From Bilabrum cf. latius (Eukaryota): a DNA stretch of 64,000 nt. The position numbers and the translations under genes were made by a program. Each line of letters starts with the position of its first letter. The first letter of the stretch is position 1. The notes beneath the pieces were generated by a model. That model saw only the letters and a program-made list of their open reading frames with translations. It searched no databases and was not told where the DNA came from. This document shows, one piece after another, positions 11,803-24,076 of this stretch. The DNA is taken from contig OZ237741.1 in NCBI GenBank assembly GCA_965178125.1, positions 1,240,001-1,304,000 of the forward strand. The letters run 5' to 3'.

Positions 11803-12682
11803 TTAGTTGCCTGCACCCCCGCCAGTGGCCATGTCCTCTTCGTCCTCCTCGCTCTCGCTCCCAGAGCTGTCCCCCTCTTCCTCTTCCCCTTCCTCGTCCT
11901 CCATTGCGGCCTCCATGCCCTCCGCGAGGACCTCGAACTCCTCGCTCTCGCGCTCCCACATCGCAAGCATGCTCAACCTAAAGTAGGCCATGGGCTTGGC
12001 AAAGTGCTTCAGCAGGTGGGACTGCTCCGACGACAGCAAGTCGCCCTTCTCGCACACGATAAAGTCCCTCGTCAGGCGCACCTTGCCGTGGTCCAGCTCC
12101 ACGGGCATGCCGAGGGCCCGCAGCTGCTCTGCCATCGTGAACGGCAGATCAAGCAGACCCGCCTTCACCTCAAAACTTTCGGTTGCCTTCGAGCCGTACC
12201 TAGCGTAATCCAATGTCTTGAATGCCTTGAAGAATGACAGCACCTCGTCTCTCGGCTTGTTGGTGAAAAGCAAACCGACCTATCCTGCCAAGGCCTGCGA
12301 CACCTTGTCCAGCCCCGGTCGGTAGGCGGTCTCCGAGTCGCGCCCAAGTGCTACCTGCATCACTTTGTTCTTGCCGAGGAAGAATCGGCTGTCAGACCAT
12401 TTCTCCCGCAGCTCCTTGAGGGGGGCGCCCCGCATGTTTTCGTATGAAAATATAAATACGCGGTCGTAGGCATCCACACTCTGCTACAAACTGTCAACTA
12501 GACCAGCCTTCCGCTTCATTCCTGCCTTTTTCACCGAGGTCAGGGCGGCTGCGGCAAGTGCAAGTGGGGAGAACACAACATTTAGAGCTATTACGGTGTC
12601 ATTTGAGGATTGGTGGGACTCTAGTTCGACCATTACACCTGCAACAAATCTTACGGCCTCTAGATCGCTTTGACTTTGGCAT
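11803..12682 (-). CDS. MRT4: Ribosome assembly factor Mrt4 (uL10/P0 paralogue); intron 12549-12654
   Basis: MPKSKRSRG|PALTSVKKAG...SL[TAG]QSVDAY...RFFLGKNKVMQVALGR...LAG[TAG]VGLLFTN...DYAR.G...QLRALGMP...VCEKGDLLSSEQ, then an acidic tail and TAA stop. TAG at 12484 and 12280. Confidence 0.95.
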
Positions 12683-12827
12683 ATTCTGCTTTGCTTTAGG
12701 TTTGCAGAGCCTTTCTCTTGCACTTGCTGTTTGGCGCACAGAGAAGGTTCCTTCGGGGGTTCGTTGCACCGGCGAGCATCGAAAGATGCGATCATTATTG
12801 CAGTCTCATCCCAGTCTTTTGCTTACT
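12683..12827. promoter_or_regulatory. Bidirectional promoter between MRT4 and the ACOT9-like gene
   Basis: 145 bp between divergent ATGs at 12682(-) and 12828(+). Confidence 0.5.
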
Positions 12828-14657
12828 ATGAATCGAATGATACATAGAACTATGCGGTTAAATTTGTTGTGCCGGCGTTTCTGCTCGAGTTCCGCCGGCA
12901 ATTTCGAAAACGAGGCGGTACGCAGTAACCGTGCACAGAGACTGTTCATGCGTCGTGCACGGTAGAGGCCCTAGGACGGCATGGAGGTATGGGGAGTATA
13001 GAATCGAAAACGAGTTTTAAAGTAGGAATAGGCATCAAAACAGATCAGTGACTCTTTATTAGGGCCAAAGTCTCCGAGGGATAGCATGGTCTCCTTGGTT
13101 CTGCCCTTCGGATCCGACATGGAATTGCGCGAGCAATACAAGAACGTATGGGGCCAAGTACGCGTAGGAAAGCTCCTTGAAGATATTGATGCTCTGGCTG
13201 GCAATGTGGCTTACACGCACTGCGACGACGCGGATCCTACCACGCCTCCGCTCACCCTGGTGACGGCTGCTGTGGACCGCATCGACCTCGTGCGCGCCAT
13301 CCCGCCAGACACGGACCTGAGGCTCCGAGGCTGCGTCACGCACGTGGGTCGCTCTTCCATGAACATAGACATTGACCTGACAACGTGCCCCGAGGCAGAC
13401 GCCAGGCGGGCGCGCCTCGCCGCTGGCTCCCACCCTGGGGAAGATTCGGAATCAGATGCCGAGGAGCGGGCAAGGAGGAGCAAGCAGGGGTTCGAGCACT
13501 TGCTCGAGGACATGTCCGGGAAACATGACGGCCTCGGAACGCCCTCGTCACACCAGTCCGCGCACGCCTCGCTGCCGCAGACTGGCGGCGGCAGCGCGGT
13601 TGGGACTCCCGGTGGTGAGAGCGCGAGTGGTGGTCCTTGCGCTGGTCAAACCGGCCTCTCTAGCGATGCGACTGGGGTCACAGACATACCCCGCCTGCTG
13701 GCCCGCACCTCCTTCACCTTCGTCGCCAGGGACAAGGACAACAACTCAGCGGAGGTGCCCCGCCTCTAGGCCGCGGGCCCAGGGGCTCGCAGGGAGCAAG
13801 AGGCGGGGTGGATGGCGGAGGGGGAGGCCAGGGCGACCAAGAGGAAAGAGGCCAGGTCAAAGTCGCTGCTGGTCTCCAGTCCCACGGCCCAGGAACTCGA
13901 GCTGCTGCACGGACTGTACCTCAAGTACTCGAGGCCGCACCAGCAGGCGGGGGCAGTGGGGCAGGCTCCTAGGGAGGTGTCAGCTGATGGTTGCGAGGCT
14001 GGCGGGGCGGGTGCACGCCAGGGGCTGTACCAAGACGACAGAGGGAACTAGTGGTTGTTCTCCGACTCGACCGAGCTCCGATCGGTACAGGTGACGATGC
14101 CCCAGGACCGCAACATCCACGGCAAGGTGTTCGGGGGGTACCTCATGCGCAAGGCCCACGAGCTGGCCTGGAGCGCGGCCTACTCCTATGCCGGCCAGCA
14201 GCCTTTCTTTGTCTCCATGAGCGACGTTAGCTTCCACGTGCCCGTGGAGATCGGGCACTTGCTCCATTTCTCGGCCAGAGTGGAGCACTCGCTGGGCGAT
14301 CTCCACGGGCACGTGGAAGCTAACGAGCCTCACAGGACCTGCACGGTGAGCGTGTCCACCACCACGCACGACCCCGGAGCTGCGGGGGAGCCTCGCAAGC
14401 TGAGCAACGTGTACCACTTTACGTTTCGATTCGACCGCCCCCCCGCCCGCGTGGTCCCCCGGTCCTACTCGGACGCCATGGGCTGGCTGGCCGCCCACCG
14501 CCTGAGGCAGGAGGGCATCGAGATCATGGGGGGAGGCACGGGGACCAAGGGAAGCGTGGAAGTGGGAGTCGGTGGACCTGGGGGTGCGGCAGGTAGTACT
14601 GATGGGGACGAGGGGTGGCACGTGGAGGGGGAGGCGGCGCACTTGCCCCGATTTTGA
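12828..14657 (+). CDS. ACOT9: Acyl-CoA thioesterase 9-like, double hot-dog fold, mitochondrial-type leader
   Basis: LREQYKNVWGQVRVGKLLEDIDALAGNVAY, LVTAAVDRI, VGRSSM, FTFVAR, PQDRNIHGKVFGGYLMRKAHELAW, PVEIGHLLHF and VVPRSYSDAM. One frame with TAG at 12963, 12972, 12999, 13023, 13029, 13767 and 14049; TGA stop. Confidence 0.9.
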
Positions 14658-14995
14658 CGCTCGCTGCTCGTTGCAGCTGTGCTTAGCCTAGGTGCTGCTG
14701 CTGCTGCCAGCGTGCCTCTGATTGGGAGGGGGGGCAGCTGCAGGAACAGCTCGTTAATTTAGTGTTGATGAACAGGGATGCATGAAAGTGGTGCATCGGG
14801 CGCTTGCAGCGCAATTATGCTCGAACTGAATCATGTGCCGTTCAGTCACTGGCAACCACCCAGCCCCACCGGTCCCCCAATGGTCCCCGCCGAATTCTAG
14901 TCACAGCATAGCAAGACATAAGCAACACTTTGCGTCCTGTCCGACTCTACTGATGACCAGCGAGGTCGAGCCCCTTGCCTACCGAAGCTGTATAC

Positions 14996-15386
14996 TCAGC
15001 CCTCGATGGTGCGCCTCAAACGAGCGATGTTAGCGCGCACGGTGGTTCCGGCGGCGGTAGCCATGGTGTAGGCGCCACCAACAATCTTCTTCGAGCAAGC
15101 GGAGCAGCTCCAGATGCCAGTGGAATGGCGCTTCATGGTGTCCTTGCCGCAGAAGGGGCACTGGTACTTGGCGTGCTGGGAGATCTCGATCTTCTTGAGG
15201 ATCTTTCGCAGCGACGCACCATAGCGCGTGCCGTACTTTCCTACAATTCCTACCTTCTTGGTACGGCGGGCCTGCGCAACGGTCGAGAGGCGGGATGGGA
15301 AGCAAACTTGCTAGGCATGCTCCACAGCAAGACGGCCTAGAGCTCCATCGGATGGTAGTCCGGTATTCAACTCCATATCTCACCAT
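14996..15386 (-). CDS. RPL37A: 60S ribosomal protein L37a (eL43); intron 15272-15383 directly after the ATG
   Basis: [69 protein letters not shown]...-TGA, 92 aa. Confidence 0.98.
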
Positions 15387-15894
15387 TTTTAGATATGTAC
15401 TTGATCTAACTGCGAAGTGAGAACGAAACAATGCAAATCAAGCCGAAGGGTGCCGGCAAACGGCGGGAGCGACTTGGCGTGCACGCTGTGGAGCCACCTC
15501 CTAGCTCTCCAAACCAGACACGCTGGTGCTAGTCGGAACAAGCCGATAGATAATCAAGTATAATAAACAACAGCGAAGTTATAGCATCGATGGGGCACGA
15601 ACTCACGCACACCACTTCTGGAACGGTCCTCTGGTCAATGGTTGGTGTTTGATCCGATCTTCTCCGAACGAACGTTCACCGTGATTGTAATTATGTTAAA
15701 ATGGCCGAATTTAGACAGAAACCTCCTTGCTTTGACTACTTTACAGTGCTGCTGTGTCAATTGGGGCACCCGGATCTTCTCTGGTCGCAGTGCACATGTA
15801 GAAGCATCCATACGGGCGCACCACAATCAATGCATCTTCGGCACTTAAACATTCCACGTTTAGCGAAGTTGAACCGTACGGTTTAGCACGAGTA

Positions 15895-18800
15895 TTAATG
15901 TTGAGTGTGGCCAGCCTGATGCTTAGCAGCCCGGTACCACCACCGCCATATTTCAAATCCGGGTGCTAGGTCGATCCAGGCGCCTTCCGCCGGCTCAGGC
16001 TACGACTGGTGTACGTGCCACGATGCCGTCCAAAGTGTGCCCTTGTCTCCTGCATCCGCGCCCTTCGTATGAAGCAGATCTCCCCATGATGGCACTGGAC
16101 TTCCTACTCGAATGCCCATGCGCCCTTCTGCGGCGCACTCTGATCGAATACACGCGGCCCAGCGGCTCACCAGCAGTGCATATGTGGGGGCAAGCAGCTG
16201 CTCCAATGACTCGGGGAGACTGACAGTATTACTTCTGCACCGGGTCCCTCGAGACGACCGCCGGAGCGCGGCAGAGACGCCAGCCGCACCCGTCCAGCCT
16301 AGCCCGGCCAGATCCTGTGCCCTCCCCCCCGAGCCATTGCCATTGCCAGCGGGGGGTTCCTCCCCATCCTCGGGCTGGCAGTGGCCATCATGATCGCCGC
16401 ATGCGGCACGGCACTCGATCTCTGCGACCGCCTGTTCCCGCTGCAGTGCAATGCGCCACTCAGCCGGGCCCCATCCCAAACCCGACCCCTCCGCTGACCC
16501 ATCCCCTGTGCCCTCCCCATCATCCCCCCGCCCATGACGCGCGGGCGCGGGCACGGGCGAGCGCGAGGGCGAGGGCGGGACCCACCCCCGCGCGCTCGTC
16601 CTCGCGTCATTCTAGTGTGTGAGGGACACACCCAGGAGGGCGCAGGGCCAGGAGGTCGCAACCCGCCGACCGGCTCTAGGCACGCCCACTCCGATGCTGG
16701 CGCACGCCTGCCCCAGCCATGACCGAGCCGGTGGCGCGACCATGACCATACCAGCCGTACCACCCCCATCCTATGTGTCTCCTGGGCTCGCGGTCCCGCG
16801 TGCAAGCACCCCGGCCTCGTGCGCGAGCTGCCTCAGCCCGGCCCCAAGCGCGTCCACGCACCACGCGGAAGCCCCGCCGGTTGCAGCCACACCCGCCGAG
16901 CCCAGCACCCTGGGCCTGTCCACCTGCAGCAGAAGCGGGGGGCTGCTAGATCTATCGCCGCTGACATCATGATGGTGACCCGCGCAGCCGCTCCCGATCG
17001 CTGCCAGCACCACCCTGCGAGCCGCATCCAGCGGCTCCACAACCTCCTGCTTGGCTGCTTGCAGCGCTGCAGTGGGCTGCAGTCCAACGGCCGGTGCACA
17101 CGCGCCCAGCCCCAGCGAAGAAGGAACCACCACGATCGCTTGCAGCTGCAGTGTCACCTGGTCTGGCGAAGGGCTCAGTCCCCCGGCAACCAGACTGGCA
17201 AAAGCTGCTTCCAATGCTCCCTGCTGCTGCTGCTGCTGCTGCTGCAGTCTGCCTACCTGCAAGCCTGCAGCCCCGCCCGCACCACCACTGGAGGTCCTGC
17301 CCCCCGTGTCCCCACCAAGGGGTACCCACCTGATACGGCCGCTCCCCGGTGCATTGCTCACGCCAGCGGAGGCCAGAGCTCTCCTGAGGGCAGTCGGCAG
17401 CACTGAACCCGATGCATGCGGCTTGCTCTTCTCTGCAGCATCGCTGCTCGCCGCCGACGCACCCACGGGCAGCGTCCCCGCACCAGAGTCCTCCTGCCCG
17501 ACCTGTGCCGAGCCCAAGCCATCGTCATCCAGCGCGTCATACTCGTCCATCCCAAGCATCAAGCCTGGCCCTGGCCCAGGCAACTGCTCCGCTCCCTTGC
17601 TCGCCTCGTTCTGCTAACTGCTGCTCCTACTAGCAGGGGCAGTCCCTGAACCTGACGCGGTGCCGGGACCAGCGACGTCCCGAGAGCACACGAGCACCCG
17701 TAATCGGCCCGTGCGGTCTCCGGCCAGCAGACCCGCGCACGCGCTTGCGGCAGGGGCCCCGCCTCCAATCACCACGGCGATGCCAGCCACCGCTCCTTCC
17801 TCTCCTGGCCCCCGCCCTCGCTGTACCCCCACGTCCTTGCCCCTGCCACCATGCCGCAGCCTAGATGTAACGGTCACACTGCGGAAGGTGCGGCGAGCGC
17901 TCCCCATGCAGGTCTGCCACAGGCGCAGGCAGATCCACACCATGAGACCGCCAGCGACGAACGCGGCCAGAGCCAAAGGCGCAGCTGAGACAAGCCCTTG
18001 GCTGTCGCCAGGTAGCTTTAACCAGCCCTTGCTGTGGGGAACATTATCCCCGAGAGAGGCGCCCTGGCTGCCATTACCCGCCTCCTAGCAGGCCTGCATG
18101 CCGGGTCCGGGTTCTGCTCGCATGGCCACTCTCACCAATTGGTCGATACTCTCTTGGGCCGGAAGCATGTGTTGCTCTGCCAGACTATCCAAGCTAGCAA
18201 AGTTGCTGTCATCGTCAGATCGATCGACAGGAGAGGCAAATACCGCCGACTAGTTCCCTGCGGTGTCGCGCTCAGCTTTGGAAACCAAATCCGCATGCTC
18301 CTCCCCTTCGCTGTCTAGCTCCTCCAAGGCATGCCCCCCCACTTCGCTGTCTTGCTCCTCCAAGGCATGCTCCTCCCCTTCGCTGTCTTGCTCCTCCAAG
18401 GCATGCTCCTCCCCTTCGCTGTCTAGCTCCTCCAAGGCATGCTCCTCCCCTTCGCTGTCTAGCTCCTCCAAGGCATGCTCCCCCCCTTCGCTGTCTTGCT
18501 CCTCCAAGGCATGCTCCTCCCCTTCGCTGTCTTGCTCCTCCAAGGCATGCTCCTCCCCTTCGCTGTCTTGCTCCTCCAAGGCATGCTCCTCCCCTTCGCT
18601 GTCTTGCTCCTCCAAGGCATGCTCCTCCCCTTCGCTGTCTTGCTCCTCCAAGGCATGCTCCTCCCCTTCGCTGTCTTGCTCCTCCAAGGCATGCTCCTCC
18701 CCTTCGCTGTCTTGCTCCTCCAAGGCATGCTCCTCCCCTTCGCTGTCTTGCTCCTCCAAGGCATGCTCCTCCCCTTCGCTGTCTTGCTCCTCCAAGGTAT

Positions 18801-19485
18801 GCTCCTCCCCATCGCCCTCATGCTGTTCTTGTGTCCGCTCCTCCCCCTCGCTCGGATCCACTGGCACCCCCTCTGCGTGCTGCTCTTGTGCCCGCTCCTC
18901 CCCCTCGCTCGGATCCACTGGCACCCCCTCTGCGTGCTGCTCTCCACCAGAGGTACTCTGCTCGGCATCGCTGCTCACTCTATCAATACCGTCCATTAAA
19001 GTTCCACCGTTGGGGGCATTCTCGTCTATTCCGAACTGATCCTCAACCACTAGACTATCTACCCCGTTCTCTGCTCCTGGTAGTTGCCCTAGCTTGCCCG
19101 ATGTGTCGTGCTCTTTCGGCTGGTCTTCGCGTACCAAAGTGACTCGACGCGGCGTCCTTCCCCACTCTTTGACCTGATCTAGAGATACCTTGCGATCAAC
19201 GTCGACTAGCGGAGGCTGCACATTGGTCGAATCTGCCACAGAGGAGCTGACGGCTCCGCGAGAGGCTTGCTGCAGCGGGGGTTCTTTTTCTGCAAATTGT
19301 TCCTCTGCTGCGGCTGGTATTGGCTTAGTCCCAGTCTAAGGTGGTGGCTCCTTAAGAATTTGCTGCTCCTTGAGATCTCTCTTTCGTTTCGCCTCCTACG
19401 CTCTCACCAAGTGGCGCTGCCGAATCGCTTCGTTTCGAAGCTGAGCTACCCTTCTAGCCGCAGCTCTAGCGTTTCTACGTGGCAT
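15895..19485 (-). CDS. Hypothetical ~1200-aa protein with an acidic tandem-repeat region and one predicted transmembrane helix
   Basis: Single frame from ATG 19485 to TAA 15895, broken only by TAG (19396, 19336, 18250, 18085, 17614, 16771, 16612, 16000). Hydrophobic segment LALAAFVAGGLMVWICLRLW near 17920-17976. Confidence 0.75.
18293..18950 (-). repeat. Coding 36-bp tandem repeat x14 (EEHALEEQDSEG) plus a 60-bp duplication (EQHAEGVPVDPSEGEER[A/T]Q)
   Basis: Unit GCATGCTCCTCCCCTTCGCTGTCTTGCTCCTCCAAG repeated 18293-~18810; two 60-bp copies at ~18825-18945. Confidence 0.95.
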
Positions 19486-19622
19486 ACACAACCAAACTGT
19501 TAGACAGAATATGGCATCCAAGGCTGCATTGATTGTCAAATGGGCATGGATGGGTCTTTTGTTTCTCGGAATTCGGAACCAGAAACATCACCAAGACTGT
19601 CATTCATTATCGCTCAGATAGA

Positions 19623-21875
19623 ATGCAGGACACATTGGTATTGGCAGGGACTGTTGTGTTGATTATTCCCTTCCTCGTCATGCTAATCCCAACCCTGGTG
19701 TTCCGAGCCATAAGCGAGATTCAAAAAGTGTTGCAGCCAAAGCCATGGATCGGCTTCCTGCACCCGTATTGGTATGAATTAGACGACGCCTAGCTCTCAC
19801 TCTGCAGTTTCTCTTACCACATGTATTTTATTGCAACCGCTCTGCGTCCGTGACCTCGCAGTGAAAAGGGAGGTGGAGGCGAACGCGTTTTATGGCTAGG
19901 TGTTGATGCATTAGCAAGAGACTTGATAGCGCGTGCAGGAGAGGATGGAAAAGCTACCGCAAATATCTGCGTTTATTGTGGAGCCTAGGATAAGTCTGCT
20001 TCGTAGATCGTGGATGCTGCTAAAGAGCGCTTCGGAGTAAAGCTTTCCGAGGTCAACGTGGTAGGATTCGACGGCAAGGAAGTTTCTCCAACGTCGGGAA
20101 AGAGCGGCGCAGCTAGCGTGACCTTGCGATTTGTTTTCGTATCAACTCGCACGTTGCTGGAGGCGAGCTGGTACCCATACTTCACCATGATCGGGCAGTC
20201 GGTGGGATCGGCTGTGGTCGCCGCGGAGTGCCTGCTGAGGCTGCCCCCTGCGGTGTTTGTGGACACCACGGGCTGCGCCTTCACGTTTCCCGTCGCATAC
20301 CTTCTCGGCGGCTCTACTGTGGCAGCGTACGTGCACTACCCCACCATCACCCGAGACATGACCCGCGCCGTGCAGCAGCGCCGGCCCGGGCACAACAACT
20401 CCCAGCTGGTCTCTGCCAGTGAGAGGGTTACGGCTCTCAAAGTGGCGTACTACAGGGCATTCGCAGCTGCCTATGCAGCCACGGGAGCCTTCTCCACGGC
20501 CCTCATGGCCAACAGCAGCTGGACCATGGGTCACCTGCAGGAGGCGTGGGGCAGAGGGTGCGCCAGCCTCGTGTACCCCCCTTGCAGCGCCGAACACCTG
20601 GCTGCTCTCCCTCTAGAGGGCCCGCCGTCCTACGCAGCGATCGATAGCCCCAAACCGGAACCAGTGGCACAGACGGGCAAGCAGAAGCACGGCCCGCCTG
20701 CGGAACCTAGCAGTCGCTGGCGGCGCCGCGCAGTCCTGTCGATCGGCCAGTTCCGCCCGGAGAAAGACCACTCCCGCCAGCTGAGGGCCTTCGCCGCTAT
20801 GCTGGAGGAATACGGGCAGGAGGACTGGGCGCGGGAGGCCACGCTGGAGCTGGTGGGCGGGTGCAGGGGAGCAGAGGACGAGGCCAGGGTACAGCGGCTG
20901 CGGGAGGAGGCGGCCGAGTTGGGGATCGGGCAGAGGGTGAGATTCCACGTGAACGCGCCGCAGGCCCTGCTAGTGCAGCTGCTGGGGGAGTGCAGGGCCG
21001 GGATCCATACAATGTGGAACGAGCACTTTGGCATCGGTGTGGTGGAGATGCAGGCGGCGGGCTGCGTCCCTGTGGCGCACAACTCAGGAGGGCCCCGCGC
21101 GGACATCGTCAGGCGACTGTGTGACGAGTGCGATGGGGAGGCGGGCGGCGGGCTGGGCACCCCCACGGGGCTGCTGGCGGCGCTGCCGACCGAGTTTGCG
21201 GACGCGATGGCTGCTGTCCTGCGGCCGTCGGACGGAGACGAGAATGTGGTGGTGGAGGTGCGGGCGGGCAAAGAGGCCGTCAGCAAGCTCCTGGCTCGGT
21301 CGAAGCCTGCCCACGGCACTGCGACCGGCACTGGTACTGTCACTGGTAGCAGGGATGATGCGGCCGCTCCTCGCGACCCGGGAGCACCGCTCGCTGTCGA
21401 CTACCACGACGCGGGTGCCCTGCGTGCGTCGCTGAGGGTGCGCACAGCACCTTCATCTTCATCTTCATCGTCTTCACCTTCTTCTTCTTCTTCATCATCG
21501 TCAGCCAAGGCCAGCAACAGCGGGGCATCCCCCCAGGGAGGCGATGAGTCGAGTGGAGCCACCGACAGACCCTTGCTCTTGCACAGCGGAGCCACCCTCC
21601 GACAGATCGCCGAGGCGGGCCGGCAGCAGGCCTTTCAGTTCACGGACAGCGCCTTCGAGGGCGGGTTCGTGAGGGCGCTGGTGCCTGCGCTGAGGGCAGC
21701 TCGCATCCCGCAGTGGGAGGCGAGCGCGGTGCACGGTGACGTCATCCAGAGCGGGTCACCAAGGCCGGGTCGCAGGGCCGCGAGCATGGGCAGTGGCGGC
21801 AGCAGCCCGGCGGTGCGGGGCAGGGCAGGGAGCAGGATCGGGGCGGGAAGGGTTGGGCGGGCGAAAGAGGACTGA
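19623..21875 (+). CDS. ALG11: ALG11 alpha-1,2-mannosyltransferase (GT4); intron 19772-19861
   Basis: N-terminal TM helix; GFLHPYC|EKGGGGERVLW, YPYFTMIGQS, FVDTTGCAFT, YVHYPTI, ANSSWT, SIGQFRPEKDH, HTMWNEHFGIGVVEMQAAG and HNSGGPRADIV. TAG at 19986 and 20004; TGA stop. Confidence 0.96.
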
Positions 21876-22367
21876 ATTGCGGTTTGGCTTGGCTTGGTGG
21901 TGAGACGATGCCTGCCTTAAGGTGCAAGGCATTGCAGAGCGTATGCTTGATAGGACACGCCATTTCATTGCATCTACCACACATTCAGATCAGGAAGCCG
22001 GCCTCGGTTAGCCGATGCTGCGTTCGGTCCAATCCCTCGCACCGATGCACGCGCAGTCCATCTCTCGCCCCATTCATTGCACGCTGCCGTGCATCGATCG
22101 ACCCAGATCCAGATCGCCGTCGCCGCACCCGCCCGTTCCTGGGAGGGTGCAGACACGCCTGCCTGCCATCGCTCGCTCGCGCATGCGAGAACAGGAGGCA
22201 GTCTAGCAGCAGCGATCGGTTTACATCCATGCCTCAGCACAGCGAGCAGGGGTGCAGGAGAGAGGGACTTGGGCGCGCGATCGGGTCGGTGCCAAGGAAC
22301 AACGGGCCCCGCGCCTCGCGCTCACACCGCCAGTCCCACCCAATCCCACTCGTCACACCGCTAACCC

Positions 22368-23680
22368 TCACGGGAACTCAAAGAGCACCCAGTTGTAGCC
22401 CCCCTTCCCCTTGAGGCTCCGGATGGCGTCCCCGCACTTGATCTTGCCGGCAGCGCCCCCGCCCGCCTTGAGGTCCTCCCCGAAGTAGTCAGCCGTTGCG
22501 TCCGCCTCTGCCATGAGCGCCTTCATGAAGTTCTCCACGCTGTAGGGGTTCTTGTCGTCGTCCGCGTCGTCGCCATCCACGACCGCGGACCTCCTCACCT
22601 TGTCCACCACGTGGGCCAGGTCGCACTCGTCCTTGGAGGTAGCGTTGATCACGCACGAGTAGGGCTCCAGCAGCTTCTGCGCCTGCTTCGTGGCGGCAAC
22701 GGCTAGACCGCGCTTGACGGCGGGCACCTTTTCTCCTGACCAGTGGACGCAGACCCACTTGACGCGCCTGAGCTTGCCCGTCCCGAAGCCCATGCGCACG
22801 AGGCCCACCACGACCTCATCGTCCTTGAGCCAGTTGGACATCTCGGGGAGGGAGACGCTGCCCGCGTTGAAGAAGTCCAAAGAGCCCTTCTTGCTCGGCT
22901 TGAAGAGCGCCCAGTTGAACATGCCGCTCTTCTCCTTGACGCTCTTGAGGGCCTCGTCCGCCTTGATGTCGCCTAGCTCGGCGGCGGTCTTCCTGGACGC
23001 AGCGCGGGTGGCGATCGTCGCGTGACCGCCCCCGGCGGCGCCGCCAGCGTCGATCATTGCCTGGTAGTCTTCCGTGATCTTCTTGATGGAAAACTTGCCC
23101 ATATCGTCCACCTTCATAGACTTGGACAGCGTTTCAAGCACGTTGGCGACGCTGGCCTCCTCCTTTGTCATAAGGGTGATCTCGCCCTGCAATTCGCCGC
23201 ACGCTTCCTTCACAGCTGCTTTCTTTGTCAGCAGCTTCCCCTTCTTGACAGGGGATGCCTTCTCGCCGTTTACCTGCAGTGCACGTATCATGCTTTATCA
23301 ACCAAGAAACGCCGGGTGCACGGAAGGGCACAGGGTTGGGGCATAGTGAAGGCTCGGGAAATGCCATGAGCTTACCGTCACGAATACAATACGCGTTCGA
23401 GCAAAACTGCCGTGTCCTAGCCTGACTTTGAGCATGCCAAATTGAACAGTTTCTTCGTTCACAAAGGTCTGCATCTCTTTCACGCCACCTGCGTGGATGC
23501 ATCGAACGCAGTAAGAGGAAAGCAGTACAACCGAGCTGCACTATCAATATATTGTTTTTCAGCACGAGCAAAGTTCTCACCAGATCCCGCAGACACCACC
23601 TTCATTCCTTTGGGAATCTTAATCTTGCCTCCACCTCCCGCCTTCGATCCACTGCCTGATGATCCAGCGACAGCAGCCAT
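22368..23680 (-). CDS. Coactosin-like tandem ADF-H actin-binding protein; introns 23489-23580 and 23274-23375
   Basis: Two ADF-H-like units: VVSAGSG|GVKEM...VQFGMLKV...RTRIVFVT|VNGEKASPVKKG and NWALF...NAGSVSLPEM...VGLVRM...RVKWVCVHWSGEKVPAVKRG. TGA stop; no in-frame TAG. Confidence 0.85.
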
Positions 23681-24076
23681 GTTCAGCAAAACCGAATTAA
23701 AATGCAACCGCTCACAAGCCTTCTAAGGCACTCGTGTGTTGTAATTTACTTGCGAAGCGCCTCGAATGAATTGATGAAGCGCCGATGCAGTGCGTTACAG
23801 TGCGCTGCACCCTCGGGGCCGGCAGGGACTGATGACGAACGACTGAAAATGCAGTGTTGAACACAGGCGTGGCAGCCATAGGGAGATAAGCATGATTTGC
23901 TGCACGCCACGCCGCAGATGAAGCCACCACGATAACCTGCATTCTGTCCCGTCACCCCCAAGCACTAATGCTAGTCGCCTAGACGACACCCCGCGATACT
24001 ACTGCCGGGCCGGTGACGCAAACAACCCCCTGCTACACAGCAACAATCGCACCGCATGAGCGGGGCCTTAGGCGCG

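Noticed and set aside
12484-12795. ORF-track N-terminus MIASFDARR... for MRT4
   Set aside because: The family-typical start MPKSKR at 12682 joined by intron 12549-12654 fits much better.
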